38,281 nucleotides of DNA from a virus. Lineage: Duplodnaviria; Caudoviricetes. Shown here piece by piece: positions 26,570 through 35,089 of the stretch. The notes under the pieces are model-generated. The model saw nothing but the letters and a program-made list of their open reading frames with translations, did not search any database and was not told the origin of the DNA. The DNA lies in IMG/VR virus record IMGVR_UViG_3300010376_000021, positions 1 to 38,281 of that record; one strand, written 5' to 3'. The first letter of the stretch is position 1; each line of letters starts with the position of its first letter. Both the position numbers and the translations under genes were made by a program.

Positions 26570-26806
26570 ATGATCGGGCACCTGCTCGCGCACTGGCTCG
26601 GCATCGACAACGAGTCGGGCCGCTGGTATGCATTCTGGTCGGGATTTGGGTCCGACGTGTCCGAGTTCGCGTTGCTCGGCGCGATTTACGGGATGCTGCG
26701 CAAGCACAACTGCCATAGCCGGGGCTGCTGGCGGATCGGCAGGCATGTCGTTGGCGGGACGCCGTGGTGCGACCGGCACCACGAGGACGCGAGGGGTGCA
26801 CAGTGA
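26570..26806 (+). CDS. Small membrane/Cys-His protein of the lysis module
   Basis: WYAFWSGFGSD...HNCHSRGCWRIG...CDRHH; SD GGAGG. Confidence 0.7.
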   Translation: MIGHLLAHWLGIDNESGRWYAFWSGFGSDVSEFALLGAIYGMLRKHNCHSRGCWRIGRHVVGGTPWCDRHHEDARGAQ

Positions 26807-27093
26807 CTGACGGCGTGCTGATCTCGACGCGGGACCTGTACGACGCCCAGCGGGCGACTGAGCAGCGGCTGGCCGAGGTCGCGGTGCAGCTTGCCGACGT
26901 GGCCTCGACGCTGCGCGAGATCAAGGGGCAGATGGCCGACGGCACGACCACGATGAACGACCACGAGACTCGGCTGCGGGTGCTGGAGGCCAGCCGCTGG
27001 CGGGCGCAGGGGATGGCGGCGCTCGTCGGCGCGCTGTCCGGCGGCGGCTTCGCCACCCTCGTCGTCTACCTGCTCAGCAATGTTCACCACTAG
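26803..27093 (+). CDS. Holin-like protein (coiled coil plus C-terminal TM)
   Basis: DHETRLRVLE followed by a hydrophobic helix; directly before the endolysin. Confidence 0.6.
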   Translation: MTDGVLISTRDLYDAQRATEQRLAEVAVQLADVASTLREIKGQMADGTTTMNDHETRLRVLEASRWRAQGMAALVGALSGGGFATLVVYLLSNVHH

Positions 27094-27101
27094 GAGGTCC
27101 C

Positions 27102-27857
27102 GTGACCGTGCTCATGTACGACGGCATCAACACTGACGCCGCGACGATCGCCCGCGAGTTCCCGGACGCGGCGAAGGTCGCCTACTACATCGACGGCCTC
27201 TATGCGTGGTCGCAGGCTGACGTCGACCTGTTCCCGCACGCCGGCCACGTGACGATCGCGGTGCGCGCGTCGACCAATGCGGGCGACGTGCTCGACGTGG
27301 AGAACGGTGACGCCAGCCCGGATGAGGCCGAGGCGTGGATCGCGATGCGCAAGGAGGCCGGGCTGTTCCGGCCGACGATCTACTGCTCGCGGTCTGTGGT
27401 GCCCGCCGTACGCTCGGGCACTGGCAAGTATATCCTCGGCCGGGACTATGACATCTGGGTGGCCGATTATGACGGCGTGCTGGCGTCGCCTGCGGTTCCG
27501 GGACTGCCGCCAGGGACGTTCGCGGCGAAGCAGTACCGCGACGCGGCGGACTTCGACGTGAGCGACGTGTACGACGCGGAGTGGCCGCACCGGACGCCGC
27601 CTGCGCCCCCGCAGCCTACGTGGGCGCAGTTGTGGCCGGCTGCGCTGGTGCTGCGCGAGGGTGACACTGGCACGGCGGTCAAGGTGCTGCAGCAGGCGCT
27701 GCACGACTCTGGGGCGTACGGCGCGCGCGGCCTCGAGCCGGTAGACGGGTTGTTCGGCCCGGGGACGCTGGCTGCCGTGCGGAACTTCCAGGAGGACAAG
27801 GGCCTCACGGTGGACGGCATCGCGGGGCCTGCTACGCGCGCTGCGCTGGGTGTCTGA
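27102..27857 (+). CDS. Endolysin (glycoside hydrolase-like domain + peptidoglycan-binding domain)
   Basis: LDVENGDA, TIYCSRS, WVADYDG, AKQY; LREGDTGTAVKVLQQAL...VDGIAGPATRAAL. Confidence 0.85.
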   Translation: MTVLMYDGINTDAATIAREFPDAAKVAYYIDGLYAWSQADVDLFPHAGHVTIAVRASTNAGDVLDVENGDASPDEAEAWIAMRKEAGLFRPTIYCSRSVVPAVRSGTGKYILGRDYDIWVADYDGVLASPAVPGLPPGTFAAKQYRDAADFDVSDVYDAEWPHRTPPAPPQPTWAQLWPAALVLREGDTGTAVKVLQQALHDSGAYGARGLEPVDGLFGPGTLAAVRNFQEDKGLTVDGIAGPATRAALGV

Positions 27858-28015
27858 GGGGAGGCCGGGCGGGTGCTCCCGCAAGCGCCTTCCCGGCCTC
27901 CCAACTGGCTTCCCCGGCCGCCACGGCGGCCCGCCGGGAAGGTGCACGAGACCAAGTGTCACCAGGGTCACGCTCCGATGGAGCCCGGCGCGGGGCAGGC
28001 ATCAGGGTACACAGA

Positions 28016-28052
28016 AAGCCCCCCGCAGGGGAATGGTGCCTGCGGGGGGCTT
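28016..28052. terminator. Hairpin terminator between convergent units
   Basis: Perfect 14-bp stem AAGCCCCCCGCAGG/CCTGCGGGGGGCTT. Confidence 0.8.
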
Positions 28053-28062
28053 GGCATCGCGG

Positions 28063-28197
28063 CTAGAACTTGGATAGCCCCGCGTAACTCACGTCGCCCT
28101 CACAGGCGGCGCCCCACGGGCACGACCCGACATCCGGGCCGCCCTGCTGCGACGTCGTGCCCGGACCCTGCATCTGCGCGTTCTGCACTCCTCGCAT
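28063..28197 (-). CDS. 44-aa peptide not in the ORF track
   Basis: AGGAGG 7 nt before ATG; MRGVQNAQMQGPGTTSQQGGPDVGSCPWGAACEGDVSYAGLSKF*; ends next to the terminator. Confidence 0.55.
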   Translation of the reverse strand: MRGVQNAQMQGPGTTSQQGGPDVGSCPWGAACEGDVSYAGLSKF

Positions 28198-28230
28198 TGC
28201 CTTACCTCCTGTTGCGTTGCATTGTTAACC

Positions 28231-28509
28231 TCACTGGCAATAACTAGGGAGCTTGGCTCGCCTGGCCATGTCAGCGTCTAGGGTCGCGATGAGGTCGTCC
28301 GGGGTCGCCCCGAACAGCGGGTCACCTCGCGAATCGGCGCGATGGTAGGCGTAGTACCCCGGTTGCGGCTCGCTGGGCATGCCCGTATCCCAGGAGACCG
28401 CGTAGCGCGGGTACATCTCCTCGAGCCGCTCGGCGACGGCCAGCGCCCCGTCGGGCCATGCCAGCCGCTCGGCTAGCAGCCTGCGGTTCCTAATCCAGTC
28501 TGCATCCAT
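28231..28509 (-). CDS. Hypothetical protein (92 aa)
   Basis: SD GGAG; MDADWIRNRRLLAERLAWPDG...GYYAYH...LFGATPDDL. Confidence 0.7.
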   Translation of the reverse strand: MDADWIRNRRLLAERLAWPDGALAVAERLEEMYPRYAVSWDTGMPSEPQPGYYAYHRADSRGDPLFGATPDDLIATLDADMARRAKLPSYCQ

Positions 28510-28719
28510 GGCTTCTCCGTCCAAGGCGGCGCCGCCCCGGCACGCGAGCGAGGGGCCGCGCGCCAGGGGCGGCGGCGCGCGCCTGCGGAAAGCTGCCAGG
28601 GTCGGCGCGCGCCTTACGGGCACGTTACCACTCGATTGCGGACCGCACCAGACCACACCAGACAACAGGTGAGGTACGCGGGTATATATGCTGGTCAGGT
28701 GCTGTCTACGGTGATCACC

Positions 28720-28983
28720 ATGAAAGACGACGACCAGGAGCCCATCGACCCGCGGGGCGACTACCTGGTCTACCTGGTGGTTGCAGGCCGCATCGAGCGC
28801 CGGATCAGGGCCGGGGAGTTCCCGCCCGGCACGCCGCTGCCGTCCGAGCTCGCGCTCGCCGACTGGTACGGCGTCTCCCGCGCGTCCATCCGCCGCGCCC
28901 GCGAGGAACTGGAGGAGCGCGGCCTCGTCCACGCGCGCCCGCACAAGGGCACCTACGTCAGCGACCCGCTGCCGCCCGCGTAG
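28720..28983 (+). CDS. GntR-family winged-HTH regulator (probably leaderless)
   Basis: IRAGEFPPGTPLPSELALADWYGVSRASIRRA...LV...KGTYV; TACGGT 7 nt before ATG. Confidence 0.88.
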   Translation: MKDDDQEPIDPRGDYLVYLVVAGRIERRIRAGEFPPGTPLPSELALADWYGVSRASIRRAREELEERGLVHARPHKGTYVSDPLPPA

Positions 28984-29079
28984 CCTCCCGCCGCCGCGCT
29001 AGCCGACTGGCTAGTAATGAGCGTGCCATGGGCACATATGGGCGCCCACGGGCTTATGCCGCCCGCGACGATCGGCGGC

Positions 29080-29367
29080 ATGCTCCAGCTCCCGGAGATA
29101 GACCGGGCCTCCGCCACCCCGCCCTACCGGCAGGTAGCCGGCCACCTCGTCGCCGGCATCCGCTCCGGCGCCTGGCAGCCTGGCGACCGCCTCCCGGGCA
29201 TCGCCGACCTCGTCCAGGCCGCCGGCATCGCCAGGCTCACCGCCGCCAAGGCGCTGCGCCTGGTCGCCGAGCAGGGATGGGCGGAGCTGTCGCCCGGGAT
29301 GGGCTACTACGTGCCGGAGCGGCTGCCCGGGGGCACGCCCGGGGCACATGGCCCCGACAGGCCGTGA
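29080..29367 (+). CDS. GntR-family winged-HTH regulator
   Basis: PPYRQVA...IRSGAWQPGDRLPG...TAAKALRLV...PGMGYYV. Confidence 0.85.
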   Translation: MLQLPEIDRASATPPYRQVAGHLVAGIRSGAWQPGDRLPGIADLVQAAGIARLTAAKALRLVAEQGWAELSPGMGYYVPERLPGGTPGAHGPDRP

Positions 29368-29545
29368 AACTCAGCGAAACACCGTGAAATACTGTCCTTG
29401 CAGGGCAGCGACCGAAAACCGAAAAGCCGGACCCTTGGCCAGCATCAACGCGAATAGGGGCGCCAGTCTGAGGGAAACAGTACCGGTCACCCGCTTACCT
29501 GCCCTGACGTGCCATCATCGCCCTCCCGGGGCACATCCGGGGCAC
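29330..29545. other. attP region with arm-type and Xis-type repeats
   Basis: GGGGCAC pairs 11 nt apart at 29330/29341 and 29528/29539; 10-bp-phased CCGTGAAAC/CAGCGAAAC/CCGTGAAAT at 29362-29390; adjoins the integrase 3' end. Confidence 0.65.
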
Positions 29546-30854
29546 ATGCCGCCGCCAGGAACTCGTCCACCGCGGCGCGGCCGTCCGCGTCGTCGTCGCC
29601 CGGCAGCAGGTGCGCGTACGTGCTGAGCACCATCTCCGGCGTGTCCCCCATCCACGCCGCGACCCGGACGACGTCGACGCGCGCCCGCAGCTGGACCGAC
29701 GCGAACGTGTGCCGCAGCGCATGGCAGCCGTCCTCGCGCGCCGGCTTGCGCTTCGCGCCGCGCTCCCGCCTCGGCGTGATGCCCGCGCGCTCCTGCGCCG
29801 GGTGCCAGACCGCGTCGTTGAACGTCGTGCGCCGAACCGGGGCGCCGCGGGCATTGACCAGCACGAGCCGCACCGTCACCAGCTCGCCGTGGCGCTCCTT
29901 GTCATCGGGGTCATGCCACGGCAGCGTGACCGTGACGGGCGGGTGCAGCTCCATGTGCCGGGCCAGCGCCAGCGCCAGCGCCGGCGCCAGGGGCGCCGTG
30001 TGGGGCTTGCGGTTCTTTACCGGGCCGAAGTGCGGGACGCCCTTGATGATCTTTAGCTGGCGGACGACGGTCACCGCCGGCTTGCGCCCGAGGAACTGGA
30101 TGTCGCCCTGGCCTAGCCCGAACATCTCGCCCTGGCGCAAGCCGGTGCCCGCGCCAAGCTCGGGAATGATCGCGTACCGCGCCGGCAGCGCGGCCCGCAT
30201 CGCCGCGACCTGCGCGGAGGTCCACGGCCGCGCCCGCTTGCTGCTCTTTCCCGGCCTGGTGACGCTCTTGGACTGCGTGGGGTCGCGGCCTATGACACCG
30301 TCGTCCACCGCCGACTGGTAGACCGAGCTGGCCAGCCCGATCACGATGCGGGTCGTGCTGTCGGCCAGCGGCATCGCCGTGATCCACGCCTGCGTCAGCG
30401 ACGGCCGCCGCGCGAGGAGGCCGAGCGGATGCTGCCCGATCGCGATCCCGCCCATCGGCGTCCGGCCGGACCCGGGCTCGCCCTCGTAGGCGTGGTTGCG
30501 GAAGTAGCCCTCGACGGCGGCAGCCCGCTCGGGCGTGTGCTTCTGGGCCTTCCGCCAGGTCTCGGCGGCGGCCTGGAACGTCACCTCGGCGAGAGCGGGA
30601 TCCACGTAGGTGCCGGCGTCCAGCTCGGCGTTGACCTTCGCGTCAAACGCGTCGGCGTGCTCGCTCGCGCTCTCGCCGACCTTCTTCGCGAAGTTCTTCT
30701 TCTGCTGCCTGCCGTTCAGGTCGCGCCAGCGGACCTGCCAGCGGTCGCCCTGCTTGTGGCGGGAGCTGGGGTAGAGCGGGGTGCGCCTGGTACCGCAGCC
30801 GCACGGCTGGTCGCCCTGCCGCGGGCTGCGGTGCCACTGGTCGTAGACGGCCAT
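29487..30854 (-). CDS. int: Tyrosine integrase
   Basis: RWQVRWRD N-domain; GLRQGE (R), K, HALRHT (HxxR), STYAH (Y); start ATG 30854. Confidence 0.92.
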   Translation of the reverse strand: MAVYDQWHRSPRQGDQPCGCGTRRTPLYPSSRHKQGDRWQVRWRDLNGRQQKKNFAKKVGESASEHADAFDAKVNAELDAGTYVDPALAEVTFQAAAETWRKAQKHTPERAAAVEGYFRNHAYEGEPGSGRTPMGGIAIGQHPLGLLARRPSLTQAWITAMPLADSTTRIVIGLASSVYQSAVDDGVIGRDPTQSKSVTRPGKSSKRARPWTSAQVAAMRAALPARYAIIPELGAGTGLRQGEMFGLGQGDIQFLGRKPAVTVVRQLKIIKGVPHFGPVKNRKPHTAPLAPALALALARHMELHPPVTVTLPWHDPDDKERHGELVTVRLVLVNARGAPVRRTTFNDAVWHPAQERAGITPRRERGAKRKPAREDGCHALRHTFASVQLRARVDVVRVAAWMGDTPEMVLSTYAHLLPGDDDADGRAAVDEFLAAACAPDVPREGDDGTSGQVSG

Positions 30855-30855
30855 G

Positions 30856-31446
30856 TCAGGCTGCGTTCGCGTCCTGCCACTGCCCTGACAGCGGGTCCTG
30901 CGTGATCTCGCAGTCAGCGATGCCGTAGCCGCCGCTGGCCGTGGCATGCGACACCACGGTGCTGCCGACGAGGATCTCGCACGACACCGACCCGCCGCCC
31001 TGTAGCTGCGCGGTGATGGCGTAGTAGCCGGGCGGGCTGGACGGGATCGCGGCCGTCTTGCGCATCGGCACGGTGCCCGTCGAGTCACTGCCCTCCGGCC
31101 CGTAGGTGACGTCGGCTCTCGAGCCGGTGACCACGTAGGTGACGGTGGACGCTGCCGGCTGCGCGGCCGTCGTGGCGGCGCTGGCTGGCGCGCTCGTGCC
31201 GGGCGAGGCGGCCGGGGGCGTGCTGCTGCCGTGGGATGCGAGGGCGACGATGATGACGATCGCGACGGCGAGGCCGGCCAGGACGCCGATGACGTTGCCG
31301 CCGCGGCGCTTGCGGGGGCGCCGGGGGGGCTGCTGTGGCGGGTACTGGGGCGTGGCACCGGGGGGTGGCGGCCACTGGCCTTGGTAGGGCTGTGGCTGCT
31401 GTGGCTGCTGGGGGAGGTTGCTGCGCCAATTGGGGTCGTACGTCAT
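30856..31446 (-). CDS. MmpS-like membrane-anchored protein (candidate superinfection exclusion)
   Basis: Pro/Gln-rich N-terminus, one TM, TVTYVVTGS...VSCEILVG...ADC; SD AAGGAG. Confidence 0.75.
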   Translation of the reverse strand: MTYDPNWRSNLPQQPQQPQPYQGQWPPPPGATPQYPPQQPPRRPRKRRGGNVIGVLAGLAVAIVIIVALASHGSSTPPAASPGTSAPASAATTAAQPAASTVTYVVTGSRADVTYGPEGSDSTGTVPMRKTAAIPSSPPGYYAITAQLQGGGSVSCEILVGSTVVSHATASGGYGIADCEITQDPLSGQWQDANAA

Positions 31447-31697
31447 TATCCCGCTCCTTAACTATTTTTTAATTTTCCCCGTGTAACCCGATTGGCGGGT
31501 TACCGCGTCCGCCCGATAACCGGGCTATTGCGTGCTGATAGAGATGATGCCGCTGGTACGGCCGTGGCAGCCCATGGCAGGCTGGACAGCAGTTACTCGG
31601 CCGGAAACTTTCGAGAAAACCCTTGCTCGCGGGATTAAACCGCATTTAAGGTATCCCTCACTTGGGAGCATATTCGAAATATCCAGTAGGGAAAGAC

Positions 31698-32006
31698 ATG
31701 CACGTGATACGCAGCCTGCCGAGACATCCGTACCTGATTCCCGCGAGCGCCCCGCCGCAGCTCAGGGCCGCATTCGCGGTGTTTTTCCTCGCAGCGGTGG
31801 TCCTGTGGTCCATTGCGGGGGCGGCCTTCTTTCGCCTGCTGCCGCGCGAGGGCGTCGTCAACGCCGCTGCCGCTACCGCCCTGACGATCGCCGCCGTGTG
31901 CTGGGTCAATGCCGTCCGCATCGACGCCGAGAGGCGCGCGCTCCTGCGGCTAATTGCCGAGATGTCCGGGGGGACGCCGACCCCTAGCCTGCGCCGCGCC
32001 GCCTGA
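31698..32006 (+). CDS. Two-TM membrane protein
   Basis: Two hydrophobic helices; SD AGGGAAAG; AT-rich upstream region. Confidence 0.65.
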   Translation: MHVIRSLPRHPYLIPASAPPQLRAAFAVFFLAAVVLWSIAGAAFFRLLPREGVVNAAAATALTIAAVCWVNAVRIDAERRALLRLIAEMSGGTPTPSLRRAA

Positions 32007-32391
32007 GCGTGGCCTCGATGCGCTGCAGGATGTCCGCCGCCTCGTCGGGGTAGACGTCCTGCAGCGCCTTGCGGACTAGCTCTGCGTCCTCGCGGCCCAG
32101 CCGCTCATCGATGAGGCCAGGGGGCGACCGATCGGCCTCAGATGGCTCGGTCCACGGATACCCGGACGCCTCGACCAGCTCGCGCGCGAGTTCAGGGTGC
32201 CTGTGCCAGACGCCAATGGCTAGCCTGCGGACGGCGTCATACCCGGGACGGTTCTCGCCCCGGGTCCACCGGTTTACCTGTGACCTGTTTACCCCGGCCA
32301 TTCTCGCCAGACGCGCTTGCGGGTAGCCCGCATCCCCGAGCCTTGCGAGGGCTGAAGCGACGCGGGTGCCGCTCCACTCCTCATTGTGCAT
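31984..32391 (-). CDS. Immunity repressor (XRE HTH), leaderless
   Basis: PQARLARMAGVNRSQVNRWTRGENRPG; TACAGT, 6 nt, ATG. Confidence 0.85.
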   Translation of the reverse strand: MHNEEWSGTRVASALARLGDAGYPQARLARMAGVNRSQVNRWTRGENRPGYDAVRRLAIGVWHRHPELARELVEASGYPWTEPSEADRSPPGLIDERLGREDAELVRKALQDVYPDEAADILQRIEATLRRRGAG

Positions 32392-32590
32392 GCCTGCACT
32401 GTAACCGCCGCATGCACGCGCGCATAGCCCCAGCGGGCCAATTACTCCGTTGTAATTCGTGTATGCATGCACGAGCAATGGTCAACAGGAGTACCATGCC
32501 GCCCCTTGTACCGGGAGAACTCGCCGCTAGGGCTCTGGTGCACAGGGGTTGCGCGCAGGCTTGCACAGCGGTACGTTGTGTGCATGCACA
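32385..32590. promoter_or_regulatory. Lysis/lysogeny switch: divergent leaderless promoters and TGCATGC-core operators
   Basis: TTGCGC-17 nt-TACGTT-6 nt-ATG (32549-32586); repeated TGCATGC(A) cores at about 32387, 32409, 32464 and 32581. Confidence 0.75.
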
Positions 32591-32817
32591 GCCCATCCCC
32601 GCCCGCCGTGATCCGGCTCCGCGCCGACGCGTACGACGCGTGGACCGCCCGCGAGAAGCTCGGCAGCGAGTTCGCGCAAGCCGAGCGCATCGGCATCGAC
32701 CGCAGCGGCCTCAACCGCGTCCGGCGCGGCGAGACCGTCCCCGGCGAGAAGTTCATCGCGGCACTTCTCGCAGCGAGCGGCATGGCCTTCGAGGAGCTGT
32801 TCGAGGTCAAGTCATGA
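32584..32817 (+). CDS. Cro-like HTH protein
   Basis: QAERIGIDRSGLNRVRRGETVPGEKFIAALL...FEELFEV. Confidence 0.8.
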   Translation: MHSPSPPAVIRLRADAYDAWTAREKLGSEFAQAERIGIDRSGLNRVRRGETVPGEKFIAALLAASGMAFEELFEVKS

Positions 32818-33017
32818 CCGCCCGCGAGGTCCACCTCACCACCGCCGGCCTCGCCGAGCGCTGGCACGTCACCGCCAACGCCATCCGCATCAAGCAGTCA
32901 CGCGGCCAGGCGCCCGAGTCGATCAAGCCCGGCCGGGAGCGCCTCTACCCCGTCGCCGCCGTCGAGGCGTACGAGCGCCAGATAGCGGCGGCCCAGGCAG
33001 CACCGCACGCCGCCTAG
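32814..33017 (+). CDS. Excisionase-like HTH protein
   Basis: LTTAGLAERWHVT...GQAPESIKPGRERLYPVAAVEAYE. Confidence 0.8.
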   Translation: MTAREVHLTTAGLAERWHVTANAIRIKQSRGQAPESIKPGRERLYPVAAVEAYERQIAAAQAAPHAA

Positions 33018-33077
33018 GCCGCCAGCCCGGCCGGAGACCACTCGAGCCGGGCCCAACCCAAGGATAAGGAGACCACG

Positions 33078-33827
33078 ATGCAAACGACAGGATCGCGCCG
33101 CGAGGTGGTGATCACCGTCATCCCCGACGAGGCGCGCAGCAAGCGCCCCATGGACCTGCACTTCACCTCACGGACCGAGATCGGGCAGCTCATCGAGGAG
33201 CTGTACCGGTCGCTACCGGAGCTGCCCGACGACGGCTACGTCATCACGCTGCCGCGCGGCGAGCACCCCTACCCGGACGACGGCCGCTGCCCGGAGTGCG
33301 GGCAGCTCATCTGCGACTGCGACGCCGACATGGGCGAGGACCCGACCGACAGCATCGCGGACGGCACGGCCTGCTGCAACGCGGTCTACGCCACGGCGGG
33401 CAACCCGGACGACGCGCGCTACTGCGACCTCGGCGAGGGCCACCCCGGCGCGCACTCGTACGAGCCCGTCATCGTCGACGAGGACGTGCGCGTGTCCAGC
33501 CCTGACGAGCCGCGCGACGCCGCCGGCCTGCCCGCCGGCACCCCGCTGATGTGCCCCGCCACCAAGGTCAACCCGTGCCAGCGGCTGCAAGGCCACCACG
33601 GCCCGCACCGCGACCGCAACGGCAGCGAGTGGGGCGACCCCGCCGACGACGACGACGCGCCGTCGGCCTGCACGCGGCCGCGCTGCGGCCACGCTGCGGC
33701 CGCCCACGCCGCCGACGACGAGGAGAACGCCGACGGCCCGTGCCTCTTCACCGGCTGCGCCTGCGAGCAGTACCAGGACGACCGCCAGGGCGCGACCGTC
33801 CACGAGCTGCGGGCGGTGGCACGGTGA
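33078..33827 (+). CDS. Multi-Cys/His metal-binding protein
   Basis: CPECG, CDLGEGHPGAH, CQRLQGHHGPH, CGHAAAAH...CLFTGCAC; SD AAGGAG. Confidence 0.75.
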   Translation: MQTTGSRREVVITVIPDEARSKRPMDLHFTSRTEIGQLIEELYRSLPELPDDGYVITLPRGEHPYPDDGRCPECGQLICDCDADMGEDPTDSIADGTACCNAVYATAGNPDDARYCDLGEGHPGAHSYEPVIVDEDVRVSSPDEPRDAAGLPAGTPLMCPATKVNPCQRLQGHHGPHRDRNGSEWGDPADDDDAPSACTRPRCGHAAAAHAADDEENADGPCLFTGCACEQYQDDRQGATVHELRAVAR

Positions 33828-34129
33828 GCGCCGTCGTCGTCCCGCTGCCGATTGAGCCAGCCCCATTGCGGACGGTGGACCGGGGCATGGCCGGCAGCCA
33901 GTGGGTGTACCGCTTCCCCAACGGATACGGCGCGTCCGTCATCCGGGGACCTTGGTCATACGGCGGCCCCGAGGGCCTCTACGAGCTAGGCGTCGTCGTG
34001 TTCAGCGGCGACAGCTGGGAACTGACGTACGAGACCCCCATCACTAGCGACGTGCTCGGTCATCTCTCGCTCGACGAGGTCGCCGCCACCCTGGCCAAGA
34101 TCGCCGCACTGCCGGAGGTGACACGGTGA
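33824..34129 (+). CDS. Conserved phage hypothetical protein
   Basis: YRFPNGYGASVIRGPWSYGG...LYELGV...TPITSDVLGHL. Confidence 0.8.
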   Translation: MSAVVVPLPIEPAPLRTVDRGMAGSQWVYRFPNGYGASVIRGPWSYGGPEGLYELGVVVFSGDSWELTYETPITSDVLGHLSLDEVAATLAKIAALPEVTR

Positions 34130-34605
34130 GCACAGTTGACAAGGGCACCATCACCCTCGCGGTACTCGCCGCGCTCACCTACCTGACGGGAAACCCGCTC
34201 CGCCACCTCGGCGCGCGCCTCATCCGCCGCCTGGCGCGCTGGCTCCGCGCCCAGTGGCGTGCCCGCACCGGCCCGCAAGCCGGCCGCCACCAGCCCCGCC
34301 GCGATCCCCGCGCGGCGGCGCCCGCCACCCCCACGGCGGGCAAGGAGGCCCCCGCCCCGGTTCTCCCGCTCCCCGGGGCGGGAGCCTCCATCCACGCCCA
34401 GCCGCCGCTAGGCCAGCTCGTGCAGCCGCCGCTGGGCCACCTGTTCGCCTGCCCGCCGCGTTACGACGGCCGCATCGTCATCGGCCAGGGCGCGATCGCC
34501 GTCGTGCGCGACCGGTACCCGGTGCTGGTGGAGACCGACCCGGACGTTTTTCCCCGGTGGTACCGGGCGTACCTGGAGCGGCAGGAAGGGCTGGTGGCGG
34601 CATGA
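34126..34605 (+). CDS. Hypothetical membrane-anchored protein
   Basis: GTGA overlap, SD GGAGG. Confidence 0.6.
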   Translation: MSTVDKGTITLAVLAALTYLTGNPLRHLGARLIRRLARWLRAQWRARTGPQAGRHQPRRDPRAAAPATPTAGKEAPAPVLPLPGAGASIHAQPPLGQLVQPPLGHLFACPPRYDGRIVIGQGAIAVVRDRYPVLVETDPDVFPRWYRAYLERQEGLVAA

Positions 34606-34790
34606 GCCCGGCCGACGTCGCCGAGATGACCCGCCGCGATAAGCACCAGGCCATCGACGCGCTCAGCACCAACGACCTGCGCGCCCTGGCCCGGCACATG
34701 GCCTGCTACGCGCCGGACGCGTTCTGCCGCGCGCTCGCCGAGCGGCTCAGCGTCCGCGCCTACGCCGAGAAGAAGGCGAGCGAGTCATGA
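34602..34790 (+). CDS. Small hypothetical protein
   Basis: ATGA overlaps at both ends. Confidence 0.65.
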   Translation: MSPADVAEMTRRDKHQAIDALSTNDLRALARHMACYAPDAFCRALAERLSVRAYAEKKASES

Positions 34791-35089
34791 CCGCCCGCTA
34801 CCCCGACAAGGCATTCGGCCGCGCGCTCCTCGACCTCCGCACGGGGCGCAAGTGGTCGCGAGAGGAGCTGGCCAGGCGCAGCGGCGTCAGCTCGAAGGCC
34901 ATCCAGAACGCCGAGAACGGCAAGCACGACCCGAAGCTGTCCACCGCGTGGCCGCTCGCGCGGGCGCTGGGCACCACCGTGGACGCGATGGTCAGCGGGT
35001 GGGCAGTCCACCACGCATCGCCTGCGGAGCTCGCAGCTCGCGGCCGGCTAGAGCTGGCCACGGCAGAGCGCGTCGGGGGGCGGTCGTTA
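34787..35089 (+). CDS. XRE-family HTH protein; ends at in-frame TTA (35087-35089)
   Basis: WSREELARRSGVSSKAIQNAENGKHDPKLSTAWPLARALG; beyond TTA the frame is Ser/Pro-rich off-frame sequence. Confidence 0.75.

Noticed and set aside
29368-29490. tRNA or tmRNA fragment at attP; phage tRNA or release factor explaining TTA use
   Set aside because: No cloverleaf, GTTCRA arm or CCA end recognised here or elsewhere, and no release-factor-like ORF
30855-31358. 623-aa integrase with a long N-terminal extension
   Set aside because: The extension is an off-frame shadow of the MmpS-like gene; the integrase domain starts at ATG 30854
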